Virus record (IMG/VR): IMGVR_UViG_3300036466_000576
Origin: an uncultured virus (IMG/VR IMGVR_UViG_3300036466_000576)
Lineage: Duplodnaviria > Heunggongvirae > Uroviricota > Caudoviricetes
Reading direction: 5' to 3' (one strand)
DNA length: 20,000 nucleotides
Shown: positions 1 through 7,967 of the stretch, one piece after another
How positions within the stretch are numbered: the first letter of the stretch is position 1
Layout of the letters: each line of letters opens with the position of its first letter
Translations under genes and position numbers: made by a program
The notes under the pieces: generated by a model
What the model saw: the letters and a program-made list of their open reading frames with translations, nothing else
Databases searched by the model: none
Told to the model about the DNA's origin: nothing

Positions 1-631
1 ATCTTTCTCCTTCAGTAAAAGTTAATGATGAGGTCTGAATTTGGGGTTTTGATTTATTTTTGACATAATACATTTCAAAAGCATAAACACTATTCATTTC
101 TACATAAAAAGGACTAACATCTAATTCTAAAACCAAATCATAAGAATAATTTTCTTCTATATTTATATAATTTTCAGTGTTATATGTTTTATAATTAAAA
201 TTTATTCTTGAGTTAAAAAAACCACCTGAATAAAAATAATCCATTCTTGAATTAGGAACTCCATTATTATATAAAGATAAATTATATACATCTACAACCT
301 TATTATTTTTATTTCTTTTATAAATTTCAGCATTTATCCACCCTCTATTCAAATTAAACATACTTTTAAATTCAGCTCCACTTCCTGCAAAGTATAATTT
401 TCCCATTTTTGTTTCACTTCTATCTAAAAGAGGAATTTGTTTTCTAGTATTATCATTTCCCATGATAAAGCTATATCCATATATTTTTTTTTGATAATTT
501 GTTATATTGTTTTTGAATTGATAATTAATGTCTCCATATCCATCTCTAATAAAAACATCTTTAGCTAAAATATTATGAGAAAATATTAAAATAAAAAATA
601 ACCCAATTATAATTATTTTATTTTTTTTCAT
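1..631 (-). CDS. Secreted/exported hypothetical protein (partial, runs off the window start)
   Basis: Read by hand: ATG at 631 after an AGGAGGTG RBS; MKKNKIIIIGLFFILIFSHNILA-KDVF... looks like a Sec signal peptide; frame stays open to position 1. Confidence 0.8.
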   Translation of the reverse strand, partial: MKKNKIIIIGLFFILIFSHNILAKDVFIRDGYGDINYQFKNNITNYQKKIYGYSFIMGNDNTRKQIPLLDRSETKMGKLYFAGSGAEFKSMFNLNRGWINAEIYKRNKNNKVVDVYNLSLYNNGVPNSRMDYFYSGGFFNSRINFNYKTYNTENYINIEENYSYDLVLELDVSPFYVEMNSVYAFEMYYVKNKSKPQIQTSSLTFTEGER

Positions 632-810
632 ATTAACACCTCCTTTTTTAAAAATAAACAAGTTTTGAAAATAAACAATTATAATTATATTATTTTTAGA
701 AAAAACTTACAAGTATTAACATATTTATTAATTGTATCTTAATTATAACATTTATTTACTTTATATATAAAAATAAACACCCACAATTAAGTAAGTGTTA
801 GTTGTCAAAA

Positions 811-1296
811 TTATTTTATTTTTTTATAATAAAAAGAATATTTATCCCACATTAAATAATTCTCCATATTCAACAGAAAAACATCTCCTGCTCCTCTAGA
901 ATAAGGGTTTTCTTTTGCATATTTATAACTCCAATCGAAAAGGGTTTCAATTAAATGGTCAGTAACTAATTCGTTTTCTATATTTTTTTCTTTGTGATAT
1001 GATCCAAATTCTTTTTCATAATCATGTATTCTTATAATACTGTATTTATCGTTTCCATATATTTTGGTTTTGCTTTTTCTTTTTGATTTATATTTTCTTT
1101 CTTCTCTGTAAGAAAGAGAATTTATCCTGTTGTAAAACTTAGTCGTAAAAAGAGAAAGCAAATCTTTTTGAATATTTAAAACATCTTTTGAATTAAAATC
1201 TCCACTTGATGTTAGATCAGCCGAATATCTATTTAAAAAATTTGATAGTATTCTTTTTAGTTTTTCTGGTTTCATATAGTTTGGGTAATAGATCAT
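811..1296 (-). CDS. Hypothetical protein
   Basis: 161-aa ORF, last gene of a tightly packed leftward block. Confidence 0.75.
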   Translation of the reverse strand: MIYYPNYMKPEKLKRILSNFLNRYSADLTSSGDFNSKDVLNIQKDLLSLFTTKFYNRINSLSYREERKYKSKRKSKTKIYGNDKYSIIRIHDYEKEFGSYHKEKNIENELVTDHLIETLFDWSYKYAKENPYSRGAGDVFLLNMENYLMWDKYSFYYKKIK

Positions 1297-1297
1297 A

Positions 1298-1474
1298 TTA
1301 ATCTCTCTTTTCTTTAAAAGCTATATACTTATAAGTCCCTGTACCTAAATCTTCTAGTTCAGCACTATCATAATTCCAACCCTTCATATTAACCAAATAA
1401 TCTTCTAACTCCTCTCTAGCGTGATCCTCGTCTTCTCCATCAATATACCCTTCGTCAACAATCATTTTTGGCAT
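1298..1474 (-). CDS. Small acidic hypothetical protein (58 aa)
   Basis: Read by hand: MPKMIVDEGYIDGEDEDHAREELEDYLVNMKGWNYDSAELEDLGTGTYKYIAFKEKRD*; AGGAGG RBS; fills the gap between its neighbours exactly. Confidence 0.85.
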   Translation of the reverse strand: MPKMIVDEGYIDGEDEDHAREELEDYLVNMKGWNYDSAELEDLGTGTYKYIAFKEKRD

Positions 1475-1784
1475 TTATTTTCCTCCTTTTTAATTTTCTT
1501 TGGTAATAATTTATATTTAAATCTTTTATTTAATATTTTTAGGTTTCGTGCTATCCAATATCTGAAATGTAGAACAAAATATATGTCCTTAAAACCTACC
1601 CCAAAAAATTCTAATTCACCGTTATCTCTTATTAATAAAGACATTCTTTCAAATTTCATCATAAATGTAGAACCTTCAAGTTCTTTTGTTTCTGCTCTAT
1701 ATTTGAGGTTTAAAAATTTTTTCAGTTTTTTAAAGTCTATTTCTAAATTTTTGTTTTTTGGGACAAATTTAATGTTTTTTTCAT
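1462..1784 (-). pseudogene. Hypothetical gene (~107 aa) with a frameshift in an A7 run just after the start codon
   Basis: GGAGG RBS plus ATG at 1784 is one base out of frame with a long open frame (NIKFVPKNKNLEIDFKKLKKFLNLKYRAETKELEGSTF-MMKFER...). One extra A in the run at 1775-1781 restores it. Confidence 0.65.
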
Positions 1785-1802
1785 AAAATAACCTCCAAAA
1801 AC

Positions 1803-2351
1803 TTAATTAATTTTAAAATTAATAGTTTTATCTTTATTAAAAGGAGTAAACTCAATCAACAATTTATCATTAAAATTAAACCACCCATTAACAAATTGTT
1901 CTCTTTCTAGAGAATGATTTAAAAAATAATTTAGAGATCTCCCATTAATTTTAAAACTCTCTACCCAACCATAAAAGAAAATATCGTCATTTTCATAAAT
2001 GCTCAACTCTCCAGAATTTAAATTAAAAGATAAACTTTTTTTGCTGGCCAATATATCAATACATTCCACTTCTGAATAGTTGAAGTTTTGTTCTAACTTA
2101 TTATTATTATTATCTTTAAAAATTATATTTAAATTTTCTTCTTTTTTCATAGTTAAATATTTTTCAAAAGCATTTAACAAGCTTTCATCAAAATCTCTAT
2201 CATTAATAATTTCTTCTCCACAATTTTGACAAATATGCTTTTTAACACTTTCTTTAATTTCTTTCTCTTTGATTTTATGTGTTATTTGACCATTAATTTC
2301 TTTAAAATCCTTATCATTAAAACATTTAGTGCAAAAAAGAGCTTTCTTCAT
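1803..2351 (-). CDS. Protein with an N-terminal MqsA/YgiT-type zinc ribbon and an unknown C-terminal domain
   Basis: CTKC-x~29-CQNCGEEI...DESLLNAFEKY resembles the MqsA-type antitoxin N-terminal Zn domain; no Cro/C1 HTH follows. Confidence 0.65.
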   Translation of the reverse strand: MKKALFCTKCFNDKDFKEINGQITHKIKEKEIKESVKKHICQNCGEEIINDRDFDESLLNAFEKYLTMKKEENLNIIFKDNNNNKLEQNFNYSEVECIDILASKKSLSFNLNSGELSIYENDDIFFYGWVESFKINGRSLNYFLNHSLEREQFVNGWFNFNDKLLIEFTPFNKDKTINFKIN

Positions 2352-2389
2352 AAAATCATTCCCTTTTTAATGTATTTTATTCTATATTT

Positions 2390-2418
2390 ATTATATCATC
2401 TCTAACATAAATTAACAA
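2390..2418 (-). promoter_or_regulatory. sigmaA-like leftward promoter
   Basis: TTGTTA-17 nt-TATAAT with TG extension (TGATATAAT) upstream of the gene starting at 2351. Confidence 0.6.
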
Positions 2419-2448
2419 ATTTTACATATTTAAAAATTATCTCTAAAA

Positions 2449-2506
2449 TTTACATAAAACCTGCCTTATGATATAATTAAAATAACTTATTAAATAAAAG
2501 ACATTT
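2449..2506 (+). promoter_or_regulatory. sigmaA-like rightward promoter with AAAGACATTT leader box
   Basis: TTTACA(2449)-17 nt-TATAAT(2472) with TG extension; AAAGACATTT at 2497-2506. Confidence 0.65.
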
Positions 2507-2542
2507 TTAAAAAACTAAAACAAAAAGGAGAGATTTTAAATT

Positions 2543-2818
2543 ATGACAAAGACTAAAAAACAACCCAAATATGTTGACTGCGAACACAAAATTGGAGAAG
2601 AAGCACTTTTTAAAGACGAAAATGGAATGTATTATGGAGTTGATATTGAACATTGTGATAGTGATGAATCCTGTAAATATGAATTAACAGGACTATGCCA
2701 GGAAAGAGAAGTTTCTCAAGCAGAAAAAGAAAAATGGGCTAAAATTAATGACCCAGACCATAAAGACCATAAACAAATTCAAATTGAGGATGATTATTTC
2801 ACATATCAAGGACAATAA
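2543..2818 (+). CDS. Small Cys-containing acidic hypothetical protein
   Basis: 91-aa ORF with AAGGAG RBS, directly upstream of ligA. Confidence 0.8.
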   Translation: MTKTKKQPKYVDCEHKIGEEALFKDENGMYYGVDIEHCDSDESCKYELTGLCQEREVSQAEKEKWAKINDPDHKDHKQIQIEDDYFTYQGQ

Positions 2819-2853
2819 TATTTTAAAATTAAATCACAATAGGAGGAATAATA

Positions 2854-4755
2854 ATGCTAGATACTAAACAAGAAATGAGAAATTTAGAAAAACATTTAAA
2901 TTACCATAACTACAAATATTATACTCTTAATCAACCAGAAATTACTGACAAAGAGTATGATGAAATGTATTATAGACTAAGAGAATTAGAAAAAGAAAAC
3001 CCAGAATTAGCATCAGAAAACAGTCCAACTCAAAAAGTTGGTTCAGAAATTCTTAAAAATAGTTTAGAGAAAAAAGAACATTCTTCCCCCATGTTATCCC
3101 TTGATAAAGCACGGGATACTGGCGAATTAAGAGAATGGCTTAATAAACAGTATAAAGCATACGGAGAAATTCCAGTTGGTCTATATACTAAAGCTGACGG
3201 CTTGAGTGTTACCCTAACTTATGGAGAAAACGGTTATCTTCAATCTGCTGTTACCAGAGGTAATGGATTTGTTGGAGAGGATGTAACTCATTCTGCATTA
3301 GAAATACCAACTATTCAAAACCAGATATTATCAGTAGAAGCTAGAGAATACAGAGGAGAAGTTGTATTACCTGGAGATAGACTAGAAAAAATAAACAAAA
3401 GTCGATTAAAAGAAGATAAAAATAAATATTCTAATTCCAGAAATGCTGCTTCAGGGATTTTAAGGAATAAAGAGTTATCTCCATATATAAAAGAACTTTC
3501 ATTTGTTGACCATGATGGGGATGAAGCTCTTATTGAAGTAGTTGAACTTTCTGAAGAAGGTATTGAAGAAATTGTTTCCATATGTGAAAATACTGAAGTT
3601 AATAGAGATAGTTTTGGATTTGCTATTGATGGAGTTGTTCTGAAAATTGAAAACTACAGCATTAGAGAAGAACTTGGTTCTACTGGTCATCATCCAAAGT
3701 GGGCTGTTGCCTTTAAATTTGAAGCTGAGTCAGAGCTTACAACCCTTAAAGACATAGAATATCAGGTATCTCGGACAGGTAGAATTAATCCTGTTGGAGT
3801 TATTGAAGAGATTGAGCTTACTGGAGCTAAAATTAATAAGGTAACATTACACAACTATGAGTTTATAAAAATGATGAAATTAAATACTGGTGATCAAGTT
3901 GTAGTAGAAAGAGCTGGAGATGTTATCCCTAAAATCATTAAAAATGAAAATAAGGATAAAACATCTTTTGAATTAGAATACCCAAAAGAGTGTCCAGTAT
4001 GTGGTGGAGAAACAGAATTTAATCTAGAGAAAAACTTCCTCTACTGCTCTAATCCAAACTGTTCTGCAAAAAGCCTATATACATTCGAACATTTTGTAAA
4101 AAGAATGGATATCAAGGCTTTAGGTATTAAAACATTGGAGCAGTTAATTGAAAATATGGATTTAAGATATCCCGTTGATCTATATGAATTATCACCAGAA
4201 GATATTATAGAAAATGTAGATAATACTAAAGATAAGAAAGCCAATAAAATTTATAATAATATCCAGGAAAGTTTAAATGCTCCTCTTTGGAGAGTTATAG
4301 CTGCACTTGGAATTGACGGTTGTGGTCGTAGTGTTTCTAAAGATATTGCTGATCGGGTTAAATCTCTTAAAGGGTTTGAAGATGTAAATATTAACACTCT
4401 TTATGAAATTGATGGTGTTGGTGATACAGTAGCTAACAACATTATAGACTATATTAATTCTATGACTGGAAAAGTAATGCTAGATAGTCTAATAGAATTA
4501 AACGCAGGAAACTACGAAGAAAAAGAACAAAATATCGACACAAGATTTGCGATTACTGGAAGTTTTAATCTTTCCAGAAAAGATATTAAAGCTATTATCG
4601 AACAAAATGGTGGTGAAGTAAAAGGATTTTCTGGTAAGACAGAAGTTTTACTTGCTGGAGATAGTGCTGGAAGTAAACTGGAAAAAGCTAAAAGTAAAGG
4701 TATTGAAGTGTGGGATAGAGAAAAAACTGAAGAATTTTTGGAAGGGTTACAATAA
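2854..4755 (+). CDS. ligA: NAD-dependent DNA ligase
   Basis: Domain Ia YY...PEITDKEYD, H-x-x-PMLSLDK, motif I KADG, TRGNGFVGEDVT, EYRGEV, NSRNAASG, IDGVVLK, HHPKWAVAFKF, RTGRINPV, TLHN, RAGDVIPK, Zn finger CPVC...CSNPNC, HhH repeats, C-terminal BRCT (ITGSF...AGSKLEKA). Confidence 0.98.
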   Translation: MLDTKQEMRNLEKHLNYHNYKYYTLNQPEITDKEYDEMYYRLRELEKENPELASENSPTQKVGSEILKNSLEKKEHSSPMLSLDKARDTGELREWLNKQYKAYGEIPVGLYTKADGLSVTLTYGENGYLQSAVTRGNGFVGEDVTHSALEIPTIQNQILSVEAREYRGEVVLPGDRLEKINKSRLKEDKNKYSNSRNAASGILRNKELSPYIKELSFVDHDGDEALIEVVELSEEGIEEIVSICENTEVNRDSFGFAIDGVVLKIENYSIREELGSTGHHPKWAVAFKFEAESELTTLKDIEYQVSRTGRINPVGVIEEIELTGAKINKVTLHNYEFIKMMKLNTGDQVVVERAGDVIPKIIKNENKDKTSFELEYPKECPVCGGETEFNLEKNFLYCSNPNCSAKSLYTFEHFVKRMDIKALGIKTLEQLIENMDLRYPVDLYELSPEDIIENVDNTKDKKANKIYNNIQESLNAPLWRVIAALGIDGCGRSVSKDIADRVKSLKGFEDVNINTLYEIDGVGDTVANNIIDYINSMTGKVMLDSLIELNAGNYEEKEQNIDTRFAITGSFNLSRKDIKAIIEQNGGEVKGFSGKTEVLLAGDSAGSKLEKAKSKGIEVWDREKTEEFLEGLQ

Positions 4756-4762
4756 AATATAT

Positions 4763-4798
4763 AAGGACATCCTGATTAATTTCAGGGTGTCTTTTTTT
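4763..4798 (+). terminator. Intrinsic terminator after ligA
   Basis: AAGGACATCCTGA/TCAGGGTGTCTTT stem followed by a T run. Confidence 0.85.
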
Positions 4799-4804
4799 AT
4801 TACT

Positions 4805-4994
4805 ATTTAAATCCGTTTTTAGATCAATAGGCATCGGTCCTTATCATCTGGATGCGGCTTCCTGAAAGTATTTAGTAAATATTGATTTAAAAGAAGTTTT
4901 GTTTTTAATTTGAGGTGTAATCAAAGTCCTGACTGGATTGGACACGCCTTGGATTAATTAAACCTTATTTAAAAGAAGTTTTAAGTTTTTTAAT
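4805..4994. repeat. Direct repeat ATTTAAAAGAAGTTTT (4885, 4967; degenerate copy at 4805) separating two GC-richer hairpin-capable segments
   Basis: Exact 16-nt repeat; start-to-start spacing 80 and 82 nt; the intervening cores share AGG...GTCCT...TGGA...G(G/C)CTT. Confidence 0.6.
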
Positions 4995-5035
4995 AAAATA
5001 ATCCTGTATTCAAATGAAGGTAAGTTATATATTCT

Positions 5036-5179
5036 TTACTCATTTGAATCATTCTTTTTATCATAGTATTGGAATAAAATATATCTAATCATTTCAGATA
5101 TCCCAATACCTTTTTCATTAGCTTCTTTATCCAATTGATCCCTTAATTCTTTAGATAAAGATATTTGTGTTCGTTCCAT
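5036..5179 (-). CDS. CopG/ribbon-helix-helix DNA-binding protein (47 aa)
   Basis: Read by hand: MERTQISLSKELRDQLDKEANEKGIGISEMIRYILFQYYDKKNDSNE*; GAGGTG RBS; TGATATAAT at 5202-5210; classic RTQIxL...G.S.SE.IR pattern. Confidence 0.9.
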   Translation of the reverse strand: MERTQISLSKELRDQLDKEANEKGIGISEMIRYILFQYYDKKNDSNE

Positions 5180-5270
5180 ATTATTATCACCTCTTGATAC
5201 TATTATATCACAATATGGTGTAATAATAAGTATTAAATGATGTTTTATTTGTTTTTTTAATAAAAAAACC

Positions 5271-5328
5271 GTAGCAATTCCTCTCCCACTAAATCAGAGT
5301 AAAGATTTAGAAGGAGTTTCCTTGCTAC
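5271..5328. other. Long imperfect hairpin (IS200/IS605-like end; may also terminate the 5358..5900 gene)
   Basis: Nested pairings GTAGCAA/TTGCTAC, CTCC/GGAG and CTAAATC/GATTTAG; T run follows on the minus strand. Confidence 0.7.
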
Positions 5329-5357
5329 ATTTCGGTGAATGCCTTGCTCTTTTAATA

Positions 5358-5900
5358 TTATTCAAAAACCATTTTTGTAATGCCATCATAATAGAGATGA
5401 AATTCTTCTACAAATTCTTCTTGAAGTTTGCTTTCAGATTTTTGAATATTATAAGAACCCACTAACAAATCAGATTTCTTGATAAACTCTGTGTAATCAT
5501 CAGATCCTAAAAAATAAACATTATCTTCATCTGGTTGCATATGGATAATATGTTCAAGAGAATCAATGGTTTCAAACTCAAAATTGTCTTTTCTTAAATT
5601 ATCCCCATAAAAGTTATGAACTTTACCATCAACGGTTAAAACAAGAATATTAAAATCAGTAGGTTTTTCTCCAAAAACTACAGCACCATTAATGATTTCA
5701 TTTTCTTTTTCTGCAAAAACATTTTCAATAAAGGAATAGTATTCTTCTGTTTCTCCAACAGCTATAACAGCTTCTTCTTCTGAATTTGGTGCTGGAGCAT
5801 AAAAATAATCTGGAACATAATAAACTCCTGCTACTATAACTATAACAGCGAGCAGACCAAAAACCATTTTTGTTACCATATCTTTTTCTTCTTTTTTCAT
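5358..5900 (-). CDS. Membrane-anchored acidic extracytoplasmic protein
   Basis: N-terminal hydrophobic segment MVFGLLAVIVIVAGVYYV; AAGGAG RBS; own promoter TTTACA-17-TATAAT at 5934-5962. Confidence 0.8.
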   Translation of the reverse strand: MKKEEKDMVTKMVFGLLAVIVIVAGVYYVPDYFYAPAPNSEEEAVIAVGETEEYYSFIENVFAEKENEIINGAVVFGEKPTDFNILVLTVDGKVHNFYGDNLRKDNFEFETIDSLEHIIHMQPDEDNVYFLGSDDYTEFIKKSDLLVGSYNIQKSESKLQEEFVEEFHLYYDGITKMVFE

Positions 5901-5975
5901 TTCACATTCTCCTTAATAATTATTGTATTATTAATTATACCATTTTTGCAAGAAAATGTAAATAAAGATAAAATA

Positions 5976-6001
5976 AAAAGACCACATTGTAGTGATCTTT
6001 T
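5976..6001. terminator. Probable terminator downstream of the toxin-antitoxin pair
   Basis: AAAAGACCAC/GTGATCTTTT imperfect stem flanked by A and T runs. Confidence 0.55.
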
Positions 6002-6354
6002 TTAACAATATCTATTAATTAAATTTATAATTTCTTCGTTAGATAAGTTTTCTCTATCTTTTTTAGAATAAATTGTTAGCAAATATATTCCCCTATCATT
6101 TTTAACAACATAATAAATCAATCTGAAACCGTTCGATTTTCCAACATTAATGCTTGAATTAGCGACTCTAACCTTATAAGATGATTTGATTCTGCTAACC
6201 CTAAATTAGAAATTTCTTCCCCAATTAACTTCCCCTGTTTCAATCTAGAAATTACTTCTTCGATATCATCATCTATTTTAAAATATTTTTTCTTTTTTTT
6301 ATAATATTTAACATCCTTTTGAAATTGATGAGTAGCAAAAATTTGATAAGTCAA
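6002..6354 (-). pseudogene. relE: RelE/ParE-superfamily (HigB-like) toxin with a single frameshift near 6180-6210
   Basis: The 5' frame gives YQIFATHQFQKDVKYY...GKLIGEEI. A shifted frame continues YKVRVANSSINVGKSNGFRLIYYVVKNDRGIYLLTIYSKKDRENLSNEEIINLINRYC*, the typical C-terminal half. Total 353 nt, one short of a 117-aa gene. Confidence 0.9.
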
Positions 6355-6510
6355 CTATTTATGTTTCTTCTTAGAATCATTTTTATTTAATTCGTTTCTA
6401 AATTGATTCCAGGTGGTTTTAGGCTTTTGATTTTCTCTCATTTTCTTCATTTCGATTAAAGAGTTTTTTAAAGATTCTTTAGGAGTACAAGGTCTCTTTG
6501 TTGTAATCAT
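6355..6510 (-). CDS. Putative small antitoxin (51 aa) directly upstream of the RelE-like toxin
   Basis: Read by hand: MITTKRPCTPKESLKNSLIEMKKMRENQKPKTTWNQFRNELNKNDSKKKHK*; GGAGG RBS; its stop abuts the toxin TTG start. Confidence 0.8.
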   Translation of the reverse strand: MITTKRPCTPKESLKNSLIEMKKMRENQKPKTTWNQFRNELNKNDSKKKHK

Positions 6511-6667
6511 AATTATTACCTCCCTGTTTTTCTATATATATTATATTATGTTAGTCTTTGAAATTCAAAAACCAACAAATAAGTTATTAAAATAATGCCA
6601 ACTGTTTTTCATTTAAATTTTCTTTATATAAAAGTTTTTTTCAAATTGTTTTTATTATTAATTGCTT

Positions 6668-7639
6668 CTATTTTTTTAATTTGCTTTTTGACTTTACTTT
6701 AAAACTATCTGTTGGTTCTACCATTCCCAAAAGCATTAAATTAACTTTTACATACTTATTTTCTTCTTTAGGCTTCCACACCCCTACCAATTTTTCCTGC
6801 TGTAAAGCGTAGTTCACAGTGTGCAGAGTACCACTTTTAACACCAGTTTCTACAACTAAAACCCCTTTAGTCAGTCCACTCTGCAACCTGTCTCTCCTTA
6901 CGAAATAATAAGGAGCTGTCTTTATAGAAGGAGGTAGCTCTGACATTAAAAACCCATTACTTTTAATTATTATATCAGCTATTTTTTCGTTTTCTTTAGG
7001 ATAAACTTCTTCAGCTAAACCGTGAGCTAATACAGCACCAGTTTTATTTTCTGTTCTAAGAGAACCAATATGTCCCCAGGTATCAGCACCTTTTGCCAAA
7101 CCACTTATATTCCAAAAACCATTTTCACTTAATGTTTTTCCGAAAGAATAAGCAACTTTCATTCCAGTTTTATCAATCTCTCTACTGCCAATTACAGCAA
7201 AAGATTTTTCTAATTCTTTATCTGAAGGGAAATAACCTTTATAAAAAAACATAATTGGACTTAAGTCTATATTTTTAAGTCTATCTGGGTATTTTTTTTC
7301 TTCGTAGAAAACACAATTGATATTGTTTTCTTTACAAAGTTTTATTTCAGTTTTAGCCTGGTTTTCTAGCTCTTGAAATAAACTTCTATTAAATAAAACT
7401 TCTTTTGTTTTTTGAACTTTATTTTCATAATAATTACTATTTTTATCAAAAGTTTCTTCGATAAACTCACCTACCTCTTTTGTATTTAGATCAAAAAGAT
7501 TAACCTCTTTTTCTAAAGAAGTTTTGAATAATTTAACAAGATAGTACAGTCTAATTAATGGTTTGCTGTAATTAGAATAAATTTCATACTTAGCTGCAAG
7601 CAGAGAAAAAACGAAATATTCTTTTTTAGTATAGAGCAT
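6668..7639 (-). CDS. dprA: DprA/Smf (SLOG-superfamily) protein
   Basis: YPDRLKNI..SP..FFYKG, AVIGSR, ISGLAKGADTWGH, AVLAHGL...YPKEN, LMSELP, FVRRDRLQSGL, VLVVETGVKSGTLHTVNYA; no canonical C-terminal wHTH. Confidence 0.93.
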   Translation of the reverse strand: MLYTKKEYFVFSLLAAKYEIYSNYSKPLIRLYYLVKLFKTSLEKEVNLFDLNTKEVGEFIEETFDKNSNYYENKVQKTKEVLFNRSLFQELENQAKTEIKLCKENNINCVFYEEKKYPDRLKNIDLSPIMFFYKGYFPSDKELEKSFAVIGSREIDKTGMKVAYSFGKTLSENGFWNISGLAKGADTWGHIGSLRTENKTGAVLAHGLAEEVYPKENEKIADIIIKSNGFLMSELPPSIKTAPYYFVRRDRLQSGLTKGVLVVETGVKSGTLHTVNYALQQEKLVGVWKPKEENKYVKVNLMLLGMVEPTDSFKVKSKSKLKK

Positions 7640-7668
7640 TTTAACCTCCTTAAAATATACTCAATAAT

Positions 7669-7938
7669 TTAACTATTTTTTAACAAATTATAAAGATTGG
7701 GCTTATTTTCTTTTAATTTCGTTCTATACAGCCTAATATGTTCAATATACCCATCATCGTTATAATCAATATCAACTAAATCTTCTTTTTCAAGAAAACT
7801 AATTAACATATCTATTCCATATTCAGAATAGAAAGGTAAAACCTTATCGGCTATTTCCTTATAGTTTAAACCATTTTTATGATTAAAAAGATTTGAGATC
7901 AATATATTCTTTTTTTTGTTTAAGTATTTGTTGTCCAT
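7669..7938 (-). CDS. Hypothetical protein, possible winged-helix fold
   Basis: 89-aa ORF, AGGAGG RBS; GLNYKEIA...LISFLEKEDLVDI followed by a predicted beta-hairpin resembles a wHTH. Confidence 0.7.
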   Translation of the reverse strand: MDNKYLNKKKNILISNLFNHKNGLNYKEIADKVLPFYSEYGIDMLISFLEKEDLVDIDYNDDGYIEHIRLYRTKLKENKPNLYNLLKNS

Positions 7939-7967
7939 TGTCTTCCTCCTATTATTAATTATTAAAA

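Larger units (their letters stand above)
4820..5339 (-). mobile_element. Probable non-autonomous IS200/IS605-family remnant (left-end hairpin, RHH gene, tnpB lost, degenerate right end)
   Basis: The 5271-5328 hairpin resembles recalled Firmicute IS200/IS605 subterminal ends. It is followed by a promoter and RHH gene, then sequence resembling tnpB 3' tails (GVSNPVR; AAACTTC...GAAGCCGCATC...GATGC). Boundaries approximate. Confidence 0.45.

Noticed and set aside
1421..1786. 121-aa plus-strand ORF
   Set aside because: Antisense shadow of RBS-supported minus-strand genes; F/L/S-rich composition typical of the reverse of K/E-rich coding DNA.
3315..4244. Minus-strand ORFs 3315..3581, 3499..3693 and 4041..4244
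   Set aside because: Wholly inside ligA on the opposite strand; shadow ORFs.
4805..4994. CRISPR mini-array, TIGR array or ribozyme
   Set aside because: Only two exact 16-nt repeats, non-palindromic, with intervals too long for spacers. No cas or Nop-domain gene is in the window. No CCA-N9-TG periodicity, and hammerhead/HDV core motifs are incomplete.
6668..7639. Chromosomal natural-competence locus
   Set aside because: No topA, comM or other com genes nearby; the context is mobile-element-like and the domain layout is atypical.
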